IMG/VR virus record: IMGVR_UViG_3300049846_001081
From: a virus
Taxonomy: Duplodnaviria; Caudoviricetes
Direction: 5' to 3' (one strand)
DNA length: 64,000 nt
A program made the translations under genes and the position numbers. The notes under the pieces are model-generated. The model did not search any database, was not told the origin of the DNA, and saw nothing but the letters and a program-made list of their open reading frames with translations. Of this stretch, positions 37,501 to 47,013 are shown piece by piece; positions within the stretch are counted from its first letter, which is position 1, and each line of letters begins with the position of its first letter.

Positions 37501-39031
37501 TGGAAGAAACGCAAGATTCTCAATTGTTTCTATCGCAGGAACAAATCAATTAGTACTTGATAATGTTCAAGGAGAGTTTGTAGTTGGTTCTGCAAAAACA
37601 GTACAGTATGTTAATAGTTCTGGAATTACTACAACATTAAATTCATCAACCGGTGGAAATGTTCTGATTAACTCAATTGAAACGATTAGTGATGGATTAC
37701 ATATCAATGTTAATCACCAAAATCACGGAATGTATTCTAGTGAGAATTATGTCACTCTTTCAAATATACAATCTGATATTAATCCAACAAAATTAAATAT
37801 TGAGTATAACACAAATTCAACAGGAACAATCAGTGTTGATAACGCATCCGACTTTTCTACCTTTGAAAATGTTGGTGTGGGAACAACAAACCCTGGATAC
37901 TTACTGATAGGAGATGAAATAATTGAGTACACATCAGTATCAGGAAACTTAATCGGTGGAGATATATTAAGAGGAGAAAATTCTAAAAATTATCCAGTTG
38001 GAACTCCAGTTTATAAGTATGAATTAGGTGGAGTATCTCTAAGAAGAATTAATACCAAACATAACTTAGATAATGTTACTGTTTCTAATCCAATAACATT
38101 TGATTCATATCATGTAAAATTAGATATGGAAGCAAATGGAATTGATAGAACTGATGGTACATCCTATCCAAAACTCCATATTAATCAAACAAAGTCATCT
38201 GGAGGATATAACATCAAAGCAACTCAAAATATGCCTTTTGAAATAGTAACCCCAATAGTTCAAAATCTAACTGTAAGAGGAACTTCTCTGAGTGCATCTT
38301 TAAGAACAGTGACAGGATCAAGTATAAGTGGAAATGAAATTCCATTTATTGATAATGGATTTGAACCAATCAGTGTAGGAAAACCAAATTATTTGGATAG
38401 TACTAGAATTATATGCTCAAAAGTAAATGAAAATGAAAAGTTGACAAATCTTCCTGGTAATAAATCAATGAATTTAAGATTACAATTAGATACTGTTGAT
38501 TCTCGCCTAACACCAGTAATTGATACACAAAGAATTTCTACAATATTAACATCTAATCGTGTTAATAGTGTTGTCTCAAATTATGCAACTGATTCAAGAG
38601 TCAATACTCTTGACCAAGATCCATCTGCCTTCCAATACATTTCAAAAGAGATTAATTTGGAAAATGCCGCAAGTTCTATTAAGGTCTTAGTAAATGCACA
38701 TATCAATCAATATTGTGATATAAGAGCTTTATATGCAATTAGTGAGAAAACAAACTTTAACCCAATTTTTACACCATTCCCAGGTTACATGAATTTGAAT
38801 TCTAAGAATGAGGTTATAAGTTTTGAAAATAGTGATGGTAGATCGGATATATTCGTTTCACCAACCCAATCTCTTGGATTTGAAGCGGATGATATTGAAT
38901 TTAAAGAATACACATTTACTATAGATAAACTTCCATCATTTAAATCATATAGAATTAAAATAATCTTGACATCAACAAATCAAGTTTATGTTCCAAGAAT
39001 TAAAGATCTAAGAGTTATCGCTTTAGCATAA
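31589..39031 (+). CDS. Large virion structural protein (VrlC-like / DUF4815 family)
   Basis: PYFDDF..YYRVLFKPGYPVQARELTTLQSILQNQ N-terminus; NRFKSGFFVDNF; DPLAQSF. Confidence 0.8.
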   Translation: MSQATNLNVSPYFDDFNADNDYYRVLFKPGYPVQARELTTLQSILQNQIEKFGQHFFKEGAKVIPGNTGYTRLYYAVELQNTYLGVPVSAYADQLVGTKITGQSSGVTAVVDKILLPSDSERGNLTLYINYLASNTQNNTTQQFSDGELLTCSTQIVSGLLGNSLISVGQPFASTISQNANSIGSAFSITNGVYFIRGQFVNVNTETLILDQYTNRPNYRVGLFISEEIVTSDMDEALNDNSQGFNNYSAPGADRLKITASLFKKSLNDFDDGNFIELATITDGTIRTQQTSSTYSAIADELARRTYAESGDYYVTAFDATLKESLNNNLGNNGLFNSGQFTYGGSTPSDDLAVYQISPGKAFVRGYECETISPTFLDCPKPRTTKTLENISLNYNTGPTLKLNRVYGSPKIGIGNTYILSLRDSRVGSSQTISSGKEIGVARVYDFRLESGSYDTSNSNLNQWDISLYDLQTITEITLNEPITLSVPTFIKGKNSGATAFVKDAVVAGTAVTVYEKTGDFLLNESFVIDGIENSRVAIAITSYGISDIKSVYGIVGSASTFSADVVQSTGFNVGIATISVSSGGVSTVTSPNNLFPGKIVRVGNLVQYSDPISRDPVIAKVVGAGNTTISITGVTGVSGIASGLLPSSSVLSVTDFKILTTNLETSTDNTLYTRLPKINVSNVDLTNANLGIRTVFTVNISGNQTTTVVAGANETFLPFDEERYSLITSNGQTEVLTSDKIQIDSTGTQLAIYNLSTSSDTGATLIATTKKIKPKFKVKLKNRVNSITVDKSKYDYSGIGSTTLNDGLSYGNYPFGTRVQDEIISLNTSDIIEIHGIFESSNGTDVSSPTIELSSINGPTATTSDLAIGEKIIGQTSGAIAIIAEKINDTKVAFIYKNQKLFKEGEVLRSDESQIQAIVQTINSPSFDISPNFTFTNGQESTFYDYGTIRRKTGLQEPTKKLKIYFSNGYYESNDDGDITTVNSYNTFDYVSEIPTVNGVRVTNIIDIRPKTSSYNVSENSRSPLEFYGRTFNESGNSSKSILASDESILTSFSFYLGRIDRIYLTKDGKFQVKYGVPAERPEKPVSVDDALEIATINLPAYLYNTSQASIQFLDHKRYRMVDIKKLENRIKNLEYHTALSLLEINTANLFVPDGDGLNRFKSGFFVDNFTSLLAQESSILYKNSIDITNKELRPRHYTNSVDLISGPVTGVDPTEDLAFTPIEGVNVRKSKDIVTLDYAEVEWLKQSFATRSESVTPFLISFWQGTLELTPATDTWVDTVRLEAKIIQAEGNYAETLANAVKTLNVDPQTGFAPVVWNAWETNWTGQEIIDTTRQRTQTDRWTSWGGRQIWETTQNTVLLENLREVRDTGVTSRTGTRTIVTEQFDNTSVGDRVVSRNLVPYMRSRNVQFVSKKLKPLTQIYAFFDGVDVTRYCVPKLLEISMISGVFEVGEKVIGTIQSTGLNLNIGQDVPRISFRVSQSNHREGPYNAATVTYPNNPYTGQTLQPTYSSTSNILNVDTFSLSNQPQGEYSGWVESGMILIGETSGAQATITNVRLVSDLSATLIGSFYIPNPNSTNHPKFEAGTKTLTLVNDIANDQNAATTIAEEGFISSGTIETVQENIISVRNARIQNKQEFEERAVSRTTGTQVVSSTILSQSSSSTLIGWYDPLAQSFLVEDETGVFLTKCEVFFRSKDDMDIPVTFQLRTMQNGFPTQRILPFSEITLDPGDVQTSADGSVATTFNFDSPVYLEGGKEYCICLASNSTKYSVYVSRIGENDLLTQTFISNQPYLGSLFKSQNASTWEASQWEDLKFTLYRADFLTSGTVDFYSPELTEGNKQIPTLMPNSINLISNKIRVGLGSTVQDSGLTLGNTVIQQGTNATANYVGAAGSASGTLTLINSGIGYTPSSGGLSINGINLVTITGSGKNATANITVSNGVAVAATITNGGYGYQIGDVVGISTFGSVSVGRNARFSIVSIAGTNQLVLDNVQGEFVVGSAKTVQYVNSSGITTTLNSSTGGNVLINSIETISDGLHINVNHQNHGMYSSENYVTLSNIQSDINPTKLNIEYNTNSTGTISVDNASDFSTFENVGVGTTNPGYLLIGDEIIEYTSVSGNLIGGDILRGENSKNYPVGTPVYKYELGGVSLRRINTKHNLDNVTVSNPITFDSYHVKLDMEANGIDRTDGTSYPKLHINQTKSSGGYNIKATQNMPFEIVTPIVQNLTVRGTSLSASLRTVTGSSISGNEIPFIDNGFEPISVGKPNYLDSTRIICSKVNENEKLTNLPGNKSMNLRLQLDTVDSRLTPVIDTQRISTILTSNRVNSVVSNYATDSRVNTLDQDPSAFQYISKEINLENAASSIKVLVNAHINQYCDIRALYAISEKTNFNPIFTPFPGYMNLNSKNEVISFENSDGRSDIFVSPTQSLGFEADDIEFKEYTFTIDKLPSFKSYRIKIILTSTNQVYVPRIKDLRVIALA

Positions 39032-39032
39032 T

Positions 39033-39260
39033 ATGAATTATTTGAAAGTTGAGGGTCACTCTCACTTAATGAGAGACAAAGAGACAAATTCAATTGTCAA
39101 TACTAACATGACAGAATATCAAGAATACATTTCTAGAAGAAATGCAAAATCTGAAGAGAATCAAAAAATACAGAATTTGGAGGAAGATCTCACTAATATA
39201 AAGGATGATATCAATGAAATTAAAAGTTTACTTAGGAGTTTGATAAATGGATCCCGATAA
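39033..39260 (+). CDS. Hypothetical coiled-coil protein
   Basis: 75-aa ORF. Confidence 0.7.
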   Translation: MNYLKVEGHSHLMRDKETNSIVNTNMTEYQEYISRRNAKSEENQKIQNLEEDLTNIKDDINEIKSLLRSLINGSR

Positions 39261-39417
39261 GATTAAATTAGATGATTTATCTAAAAGTTTTGAATATACA
39301 AAAGCTTGTATTGAGATTGATTCTGTAGAAGATATTGAACAAATAAAAAACATTGCAAAATCATATATGAAATTATACTTAAAACAACAAGAAGTTTTAA
39401 AAGATCTTATTAATTAA
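39247..39417 (+). CDS. 56-aa hypothetical protein
   Basis: Hand-translated MDPDKIKLDDLSKSFEYTKACIEIDS.. Confidence 0.6.
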   Translation: MDPDKIKLDDLSKSFEYTKACIEIDSVEDIEQIKNIAKSYMKLYLKQQEVLKDLIN

Positions 39418-39446
39418 ACCATAAATATTTTAAAAAGTAGTAAATA

Positions 39447-40292
39447 ATGGCGCAACCATCTACTAGACAAGAATTAATAGATTATTGCAAGAGGAAACTG
39501 GGAGCGCCAGTTTTGGAAATTAATGTTGCCGATGAGCAAATTGATGATCTAGTTGATGATGCGGTTCAATTTTTCCAAGAAAGACACTTTGATGGTGTTT
39601 ATCCAACTTTTTACAAATATAAGATTACTCAAGATGATATTGATAGAGGTAGATCTAGAGGCGGAAGTGTTGCAGTAGGCATTGCAACTACTACAGCAAC
39701 CACAACAATTGTTGGCGTAACAACAACATTTACATATGAAGAAAATAGTAATTATCTTCAAGTTCCTTCAAATGTAATTGGTGTTAATAAAATATTCCAT
39801 TTTGATGGATCTAACACAATTACACATAATATGTTTAGTGTCAAATATCAGTTATTCTTGAATGATATTTACTATTGGGGAGCAACTGAATTGTTAAGTT
39901 ATGCAATGGTTAAGACATACCTTGAAGATCTTGACTTTTTATTGACCACCCAAAAACAAATTCGTTTCAATAAAAGACAAGATAGACTTTACTTAGATAT
40001 AGATTGGGCATCAGTAAATGTCGGTCAATATATTATAATTGATTGTTATACAACATTAGATCCAAATGATTATTCAAGAGTATGGAATGATTCATTCTTA
40101 AAACCATATCTAACGTCTCTTATAAAACGTCAATGGGGACAAAATATGATGAAATTTACTGGTGTTAAACTTCCTGGTGGAGTGGAGCTAAATGGAAGAC
40201 AAATGTATGATGACGCTCAAAGAGAGATTGATATTTTAATGGAGAAAATGTCTAATACTTATGAACTTCCACCACTTGATATGATAGGGTGA
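39447..40292 (+). CDS. gp13: Neck protein gp13
   Basis: LIDYCKRKLGAPVLEINV..ERHFDG; LPGGVELNG. Confidence 0.93.
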   Translation: MAQPSTRQELIDYCKRKLGAPVLEINVADEQIDDLVDDAVQFFQERHFDGVYPTFYKYKITQDDIDRGRSRGGSVAVGIATTTATTTIVGVTTTFTYEENSNYLQVPSNVIGVNKIFHFDGSNTITHNMFSVKYQLFLNDIYYWGATELLSYAMVKTYLEDLDFLLTTQKQIRFNKRQDRLYLDIDWASVNVGQYIIIDCYTTLDPNDYSRVWNDSFLKPYLTSLIKRQWGQNMMKFTGVKLPGGVELNGRQMYDDAQREIDILMEKMSNTYELPPLDMIG

Positions 40293-40296
40293 TAAG

Positions 40297-41712
40297 ATGC
40301 TCAATCCATTTTTTCTACAGGGATCTAAAGGCGAACAGGGATTAATACAAGATTTAATTAACGAACAACTCCGTATGTATGGAGTAGATGTTCATTATTT
40401 GCCAAGAAAATATTTAACAGAGAAAAAAGTTTTAAGAGAAGTTATAGAGTCTGCTTTTAATGATGCATATCCATTAGAAGCTTATATTGAGAACTATGAG
40501 GGATATGGGGATAACACAACCATTCTTTCAAAATTTGGAATACAAGCACTCAACGAACTTACAATAACAATATCAAAAGAAAGATTTGATACTTACATTG
40601 TTCCTCTCATAAAAGATAAACCAAATATTAAACTTGGAACAAGACCGAGAGAAGGTGATCTAATTTATTTTCCACTCGGTGATAGATTATTTGAGGTTAA
40701 ATTTGTAGAGCATGAGCAACCATTTTATCAATTACAAAAAACTTATGTATATACGTTGAAATGCGAACTCTTTAGATATGAAGATGAAATTATTGATACT
40801 GGAATTGATGAAGTAGATGATATTTTAGTTGGTGGTGGAACTACAACCTCCGGAATTGGTGGTGGTATTGCAGTTACACAAATTTTAAGAATGGTTGGAG
40901 TTGGTACAACAGCAACAGCAACTACTACATTAGTAAATGGTGGAATTAGATTTATTGGAGTAACAAATCGTGGTGGTGGATACTCCAGTATCCCGACTGT
41001 AGCAATATCATCCGCACCATCTGGAGGCATAACTGGCATTGCTACAGCATTAATGATTGATGGTATTGTTGTATGTAATGATAATGTAAATCCACAAAAC
41101 AAATCAGTTCAAAGTGTTTTATTGGTTAATCCTGGATCTGGATATACAGTAGCACCAGGAATAAGATTTATTGGTGGTGGTGGATCTGGAGCAGCTGCTA
41201 CAGCTGTAATTGGAAACGGTATCATAGGACCCATTACTGTTACAAATGCAGGATCAGGTTATACAACAGCTCCAACTATAACCTTTACAGGTATCGCATC
41301 TGTGTCTGCGGCTGCTACAGCGGTTGTAAGTACTGCAGGATCCATAACAGCAATTAGAATTACAAACTCTGGTCTTGGATATACTGTAGCGCCATCTATA
41401 ACAATTTCTGCCCCTTCATTTGCGGGAATTGGAACCTATCAATACAATGAGACAATAACCGGTAGTATCAGTGGCGTAACAGCAAGAGTAAGATCTTGGA
41501 ATTCTGTCACAAACACACTAGAAATTTCTAATGCGTCTGGATCTTTTGTAAAAGGAGAAAATATTGTTGGGTCTGCCTCATCAGCTTCATATACTTTATC
41601 TGTGATAGGTGATGATTTTATTGAAAATGCATATGCAGATAACTTAGATATAGAAACTGAGGCGGATAAAATAATTGATTTTACTGAGGTAAATCCATTC
41701 GGAATGCCATAA
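40297..41712 (+). CDS. gp14: Neck protein gp14 with inserted repeat domain
   Basis: EQLRMYGVDVHYLPR..REGDLIYFPL..PFYQL; C-terminal DFTEVNPFG. Confidence 0.9.
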   Translation: MLNPFFLQGSKGEQGLIQDLINEQLRMYGVDVHYLPRKYLTEKKVLREVIESAFNDAYPLEAYIENYEGYGDNTTILSKFGIQALNELTITISKERFDTYIVPLIKDKPNIKLGTRPREGDLIYFPLGDRLFEVKFVEHEQPFYQLQKTYVYTLKCELFRYEDEIIDTGIDEVDDILVGGGTTTSGIGGGIAVTQILRMVGVGTTATATTTLVNGGIRFIGVTNRGGGYSSIPTVAISSAPSGGITGIATALMIDGIVVCNDNVNPQNKSVQSVLLVNPGSGYTVAPGIRFIGGGGSGAAATAVIGNGIIGPITVTNAGSGYTTAPTITFTGIASVSAAATAVVSTAGSITAIRITNSGLGYTVAPSITISAPSFAGIGTYQYNETITGSISGVTARVRSWNSVTNTLEISNASGSFVKGENIVGSASSASYTLSVIGDDFIENAYADNLDIETEADKIIDFTEVNPFGMP

Positions 41713-41757
41713 ATATAATTTATAAGTTGATTAAATAGTATTGTAAGGAAATAAAAG

Positions 41758-42759
41758 ATGTTTGAGTATTTTTATAACGAGATTCTAAGAAAGACGGTAA
41801 TATCTTTTGGATCTCTGTTTAATAATATTAGTATTAAACATACTAATAATTCAGGAAATGTTGTTAGTGTATTAAAAGTTCCACTAGCATATGGTCCTAC
41901 TCAGAAATTTTTAGCAAGACTTGAGCAATCTCCAGATTTAAATAAACCAGTTCAAATTACATTACCAAGAATGTCATTTGAATTTACTGGAATAACTTAT
42001 GATGCATCAAGAAAAGTAACAACAACACAATCATTTACTTCAAAATCAGCAACTGATGGAACTGTAACTAAAAAAACTTATATGCCAGTTCCTTACAATA
42101 TGCAATTTGAATTATCAATTATGGCAAAGTTAAATGATGACGCATTACAAATTGTAGAGCAAATTTTACCATATTTTCAACCAGCATATAATTTAACAGT
42201 TGAACTTGTAGATGAAATTAATGAGAAAAGAGATATTCCTGTTGTTTTGGAAAACATAACATTTCAAGATGATTATGAGGGAAATTTCACAACAAGAAGA
42301 GTTCTAATTTATACTTTAAGATTTACAGCAAAAACATATCTGTTTGGACCCACCCAAACTGCTACCAAAGATATTATCAAAAAGACCACCATCAGTTATA
42401 TTACTGGAGATACAACTGCTACTCCAACAAGAGAAGTCGTTTATTCATCTGAACCAAGAGCGATCAAAAACTATACGGGAACTGTTGTCACAAATCTATC
42501 AAAAGATATAACGGCAGAAGATATTTTAGTAGAAGTAAATGACGCTTCTTCAATCTCAACTGATACATACTTGGATATTGAAGGTGAAGAAGTATATGTA
42601 AGACTTAAAAATGGAAATGTACTTACCGTTGATAGGGGTAAAGATAATACATCAATTACACCCCATTTGGCAGGCGCTCAAATCAAATCAATAACATCCA
42701 CAGACAATACATTAATACCGGACGGTGATGATTTTGGATTTAGTGGAGACACTTTATGA
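41758..42759 (+). CDS. gp15: Tail terminator / sheath stabilizer gp15
   Basis: FYNEILRKTVISFGSLFNNI; KVPLAYGP; LPRMSFE. Confidence 0.93.
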   Translation: MFEYFYNEILRKTVISFGSLFNNISIKHTNNSGNVVSVLKVPLAYGPTQKFLARLEQSPDLNKPVQITLPRMSFEFTGITYDASRKVTTTQSFTSKSATDGTVTKKTYMPVPYNMQFELSIMAKLNDDALQIVEQILPYFQPAYNLTVELVDEINEKRDIPVVLENITFQDDYEGNFTTRRVLIYTLRFTAKTYLFGPTQTATKDIIKKTTISYITGDTTATPTREVVYSSEPRAIKNYTGTVVTNLSKDITAEDILVEVNDASSISTDTYLDIEGEEVYVRLKNGNVLTVDRGKDNTSITPHLAGAQIKSITSTDNTLIPDGDDFGFSGDTL

Positions 42760-43190
42760 AAATGACAAAAAAATTTGATGAGTTAAATAACACATTCAAT
42801 GTATCCGGAGAAATAGTTTCAACAGAAGCAGAAACTTCTATTGAAAAAATAGAAAAAATTGTATCATCTGTTGATGATGTAAAAAAAGATTATGAATATA
42901 CAAGAGGAAATCTTTATTCCTTAATTGAAAAAGGACAAGAAGCAATTAATGGAATTCTTGAACTCGCTCAGGAAAGTGAAATGCCTAGAGCATACGAGGT
43001 TGCTGGTCAATTGATAAAAAATGTTGCAGATGCAACTGATAAATTAATGGACTTACAAAAGAAACTTAAAGATATTGAAGAAGAAAAAGTTTCTAAAGGA
43101 CCCACAACGGTTAATAATGCTCTTTTTGTTGGTTCAACTGCTGAATTAGCAAAACTTCTTAAGCAACAAACCGAAAATGAAAACATTTAA
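42756..43190 (+). CDS. gp16: Terminase small subunit gp16
   Basis: DYEYTRGNLY..PRAYEVAGQLIK; position after gp15. Confidence 0.9.
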   Translation: MKMTKKFDELNNTFNVSGEIVSTEAETSIEKIEKIVSSVDDVKKDYEYTRGNLYSLIEKGQEAINGILELAQESEMPRAYEVAGQLIKNVADATDKLMDLQKKLKDIEEEKVSKGPTTVNNALFVGSTAELAKLLKQQTENENI

Positions 43191-43332
43191 ACAGTTTCAA
43201 GAAGATTGGAGCAATAAATATAAAAAGAGTATTGATTGTTCTAATCCGAAAGGATTTTCCCAGCGTGCCCACTGCGCGGGGAGAAAAAAAAGAGCAAAAG
43301 GTGAGCAAACCAAATCAAAACCAGTTGAGTAA
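43177..43332 (+). CDS. 51-aa basic peptide with CTS-like N-terminus
   Basis: MKTFKQFQEDWSNKYKKSIDCSNPKGFSQRAHCAGRKKRAKGEQTKSKPVE; coupled to the next gene by TAATG. Confidence 0.65.
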   Translation: MKTFKQFQEDWSNKYKKSIDCSNPKGFSQRAHCAGRKKRAKGEQTKSKPVE

Positions 43333-45032
43333 TGCCAAAGTTAAAGACACATAAAACAGTTGAACAAATTGCTAAAAAGCATCGTCTTGACGTGTCTTTT
43401 ATTCAGAAGCAACTTGATATGGGTGAACCTATTGAACATGAACATACTAAAGATCATGAACTTGCAATGGATATTGCCCTCCAACATCTTGATGAAATTC
43501 CAGATTATTACACTCGTTTGAAAAAAATGGAGGCAGATGCCAAAAAGCATCATAAGAAATTTAAAGATGTTACTGAAGAAGGTCTTCGTGACTGGTTTGG
43601 CAAATCAAAATCAAAAGATGGAAAGTCTGGGTGGGTAAATGTTGTAACAGGTGGAACGTGTGCTAGTGATGAACCAGGAGAGGGTGTTCCTAAATGTGTT
43701 TCTTCAGCAAAAAGAGCAAGTATGACACCGGCAGAAAGACGTTCCGCAGCAAGAAGAAAAAAGCAAGCAGATCCAGGACAACAACAAAAATCTGGAGCAG
43801 CAAAACCAACATACGTTTCAACTGATAGTCCAAGAAAGAAAATGAAAAAAGAAGAAGTAGAACTTCAAGAAGTTAAAGACAAACCAAGGAAAAGTAGCGG
43901 TAAAAAGGATGCCTGTTACCATAAAGTAAAGTCACGTTACAGTGTTTGGCCAAGTGCATATGCATCTGGAGCATTGGTCAAATGTCGTAAAGTTGGTGCC
44001 GATAATTGGGGAACTAAATCGGAAGCAGTAGAAGAACAAAGATATTGCCCTTTGTGCGACAAAAGAGAAACTAGATCTGAGTGTTCTTATGGCGAAAAAG
44101 CATGGGATAAAGTTTCCGTTCAAGATCATGAATATTCTATGGCTCGTTCAGAACTAAGTACTATCCACGATGCTTTAAAAAGATTGGAACAAAAAATTGG
44201 TAAAGGTGAAGGTAATTTAGAGGCATGGGTACAATCAAAAATTACCAAAGCAGCAGATTATATTGACACTGCAGCAGACTATGTTGCAAGTGGCGAGATG
44301 AATGAAGGACAAAAGTGTTGGCCTGGATACAAGAAAAAAGGAACTCAAACACTTTTTGGTAAAAAATACAATCGCTGTGTAAAAGCAGAAGATGTAACTA
44401 TTGAAGATGCAGATGGAAATACATTTGCAGAAGTTGTTGATTTAATCAAACCAGAACCAATTAAAGGATTTAAAACACAAGTAAGTGAGGCAATGAGACT
44501 TCAAGCACAAACTGGAAACATTCTTGCAATTACTTTACTTTGGAGAGGAAAATATTATGCGGTTCGCATGTTTTTCCCCCAAACTAAACTTCCATCACGT
44601 CAAGATGTAACTGACGAAATTCAAAAAGTATATCCTGGGGCAAAAGTAGTCCATCATTCTGTTTCCGAATTTACTCCAGGACAACCTTTGATTCAAGCTT
44701 TTGGACCTCAAGGTGGAAGCACAGCGAAATTTGGACCAAATAAAAATTATGTAAAACCAATGGGAGAAGAGGTAGACATTGTAGAGGTTGCTGCATGGCA
44801 AAGAAAAGAAGGTAAAAATAAATCTGGGGGATTAAATGAAAAGGGCAGAAAGTCCTACGAACGCGATAATCCTGGTTCTGATCTAAAGGCACCATCTAAG
44901 AAAGTTGGTAATCCTCGTCGTGCATCATTCTGTGCAAGAATGAGAGGTATGAAAGAGAAACTGACTTCTCAAGAAACCGCAAGAGATCCTGATTCAAGAA
45001 TCAATAAGTCCCTTAGAGCTTGGAATTGTTAA
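43332..45032 (+). CDS. Multi-module basic hypothetical protein (possible internal-head polyprotein)
   Basis: 566 aa made of short distinct modules separated by hydrophobic-X-E linkers. Confidence 0.7.
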   Translation: MPKLKTHKTVEQIAKKHRLDVSFIQKQLDMGEPIEHEHTKDHELAMDIALQHLDEIPDYYTRLKKMEADAKKHHKKFKDVTEEGLRDWFGKSKSKDGKSGWVNVVTGGTCASDEPGEGVPKCVSSAKRASMTPAERRSAARRKKQADPGQQQKSGAAKPTYVSTDSPRKKMKKEEVELQEVKDKPRKSSGKKDACYHKVKSRYSVWPSAYASGALVKCRKVGADNWGTKSEAVEEQRYCPLCDKRETRSECSYGEKAWDKVSVQDHEYSMARSELSTIHDALKRLEQKIGKGEGNLEAWVQSKITKAADYIDTAADYVASGEMNEGQKCWPGYKKKGTQTLFGKKYNRCVKAEDVTIEDADGNTFAEVVDLIKPEPIKGFKTQVSEAMRLQAQTGNILAITLLWRGKYYAVRMFFPQTKLPSRQDVTDEIQKVYPGAKVVHHSVSEFTPGQPLIQAFGPQGGSTAKFGPNKNYVKPMGEEVDIVEVAAWQRKEGKNKSGGLNEKGRKSYERDNPGSDLKAPSKKVGNPRRASFCARMRGMKEKLTSQETARDPDSRINKSLRAWNC

Positions 45033-45051
45033 TTTATAAGTAGGTTTCATT

Positions 45052-46698
45052 ATGAGTGACGTATATCTTGGTAATCCGCTTTTAAAAAAAGCAAATACTC
45101 CCATTGAATTTACACAAGAACAAATTTTAGAATTTGTTAAGTGTAAAGATGATCCAGTTTACTTTGCCAAAAATTATGTAAAAATTGTAACTCTGGACCA
45201 CGGATTACAAACTTTTCAACCATATCATTTCCAAGAAAAGTTAATTAATAATTTCCATAAACACAGATTTAACATCTGCAAGATGCCACGACAGACTGGT
45301 AAGTCTACAACTGTGGTATCTTTCCTTTTACATTATGCAGTATTTAATGATAATGTTAACATTGGTATTCTTGCAAACAAAGCAGCAACTGCAAGAGAAT
45401 TATTGGATAGATTGCAGACTGCATATGAAAATCTACCAAAATGGATGCAACAAGGTATCATATCATGGAATAAAGGTTCCTTAGAATTAGAAAATGGATC
45501 AAAGATTCTGGCTGCTTCTACATCTGCAAGTGCTGTCCGAGGCATGTCGTTCAATATCCTCTTCTTGGACGAATTCGCTTTCGTTCCGAACCATATCGCA
45601 GATTCCTTCTTCGCATCTGTTTATCCTACGATCACCTCTGGTAAGCAAACTAAAGTTATTATAGTTTCTACTCCACACGGTATGAATCATTTCTACCGAA
45701 TGTGGCATGATGCTGAAAAAGGTAAAAATGAATATGTGTTTACAGACGTTCATTGGAGTGAAGTTCCTGGACGTGATGAAGAATGGAAAAAGCAAACAAT
45801 TGCAAATACATCGGAGCAACAATTTAAAGTTGAGTTTGAATGTGAATTTCTAGGATCTGTTGATACTCTTATTGCACCAAGCAAGCTTAGGGCTCTCGTC
45901 TACGACCATCCTAAGACCCGCAGTGGCGGTTTAGATGTATATGTGGATCCAGAGGAACAACACGATTACCTCATCACTGTAGACGTTGCTAGAGGTGTAG
46001 GAAACGATTATTCAGCTTTTACAATTATTGATATAACACAATTCCCACATAAAGTTGTTGCAAAATATAGAAATAATGAAATTAAACCAATGTTATTTCC
46101 AAGTATTATTCATGATGTAGCAAAAAGTTATAATGATGCATACATTCTCTGTGAAGTTAATGATGTGGGAGATCAGGTTGCATCCATTATTCAATATGAT
46201 CTAGAGTATAATAATCTTCTCATGTGTTCAATGAGAGGTAGAGCAGGTCAAATTGTAGGTCAAGGATTTTCTGGGAAGAAAACTCAACTTGGAGTTAAAA
46301 TGTCCAAAACTGTTAAAAAAGTTGGGTGCCTTAATCTTAAAACGATGATTGAAGAAAATAAGTTGTTTCTCAATGATTATGAAATCATTAGTGAATTGAC
46401 AACGTTTATTCAAAAACACAATTCCTTTGAGGCAGAAGAAGGGTGCAATGATGACTTAGCAATGTGTCTTGTCATTTATGCTTGGTTAGTTGCACAAGAC
46501 TACTTCAAAGAACTTACTGATCAGGATGTAAGAAAAAGATTATATGAGGAGCAAAAAAATCAAATTGAACAAGATATGTCTCCATTTGGATTTATCTCTG
46601 ATGGTCTTGATGATTCAAGTTTTGTGGATGATGATGGAGATAGATGGCACCTTGATGAATATGGAGACCGTGCATATATGTGGGAATATTTGTCATAA
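45052..46698 (+). CDS. gp17: Terminase large subunit gp17
   Basis: KMPRQTGKST Walker A, LFLDEFAF Walker B, DVARGVG and NDDLAM nuclease motifs. Confidence 0.97.
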   Translation: MSDVYLGNPLLKKANTPIEFTQEQILEFVKCKDDPVYFAKNYVKIVTLDHGLQTFQPYHFQEKLINNFHKHRFNICKMPRQTGKSTTVVSFLLHYAVFNDNVNIGILANKAATARELLDRLQTAYENLPKWMQQGIISWNKGSLELENGSKILAASTSASAVRGMSFNILFLDEFAFVPNHIADSFFASVYPTITSGKQTKVIIVSTPHGMNHFYRMWHDAEKGKNEYVFTDVHWSEVPGRDEEWKKQTIANTSEQQFKVEFECEFLGSVDTLIAPSKLRALVYDHPKTRSGGLDVYVDPEEQHDYLITVDVARGVGNDYSAFTIIDITQFPHKVVAKYRNNEIKPMLFPSIIHDVAKSYNDAYILCEVNDVGDQVASIIQYDLEYNNLLMCSMRGRAGQIVGQGFSGKKTQLGVKMSKTVKKVGCLNLKTMIEENKLFLNDYEIISELTTFIQKHNSFEAEEGCNDDLAMCLVIYAWLVAQDYFKELTDQDVRKRLYEEQKNQIEQDMSPFGFISDGLDDSSFVDDDGDRWHLDEYGDRAYMWEYLS

Positions 46699-46928
46699 TG
46701 GAATTAGATAAACAAATAAAACTAGGTCATTTATTATTAGTTGATAGAAAGTGTAGAGTTTGTGGTGAAATGAAAAATTTAATAGATGGATTTTATCAAA
46801 CTCGCAAAGACAGGGGTCCTGTACTTTCTTCATACTCATATGAATGTAAAGATTGTACCATAAAGCGCATAGTTATTAGTAGGATGAAAAGTAATGTTTT
46901 TGGTAAGTGGGAATATCCTGACTGGTAA
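46698..46928 (+). CDS. Small zinc-finger protein
   Basis: CRVC...CKDC; TAATG-coupled to gp17. Confidence 0.7.
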   Translation: MELDKQIKLGHLLLVDRKCRVCGEMKNLIDGFYQTRKDRGPVLSSYSYECKDCTIKRIVISRMKSNVFGKWEYPDW

Positions 46929-47013
46929 ATTTTGTTCACGTCACATTTCCCCCGTGAAAAGTGATTTTTTAATAAATATTTTTTAGATAAACTGAGATTT
47001 AACGGAGAAAAAC

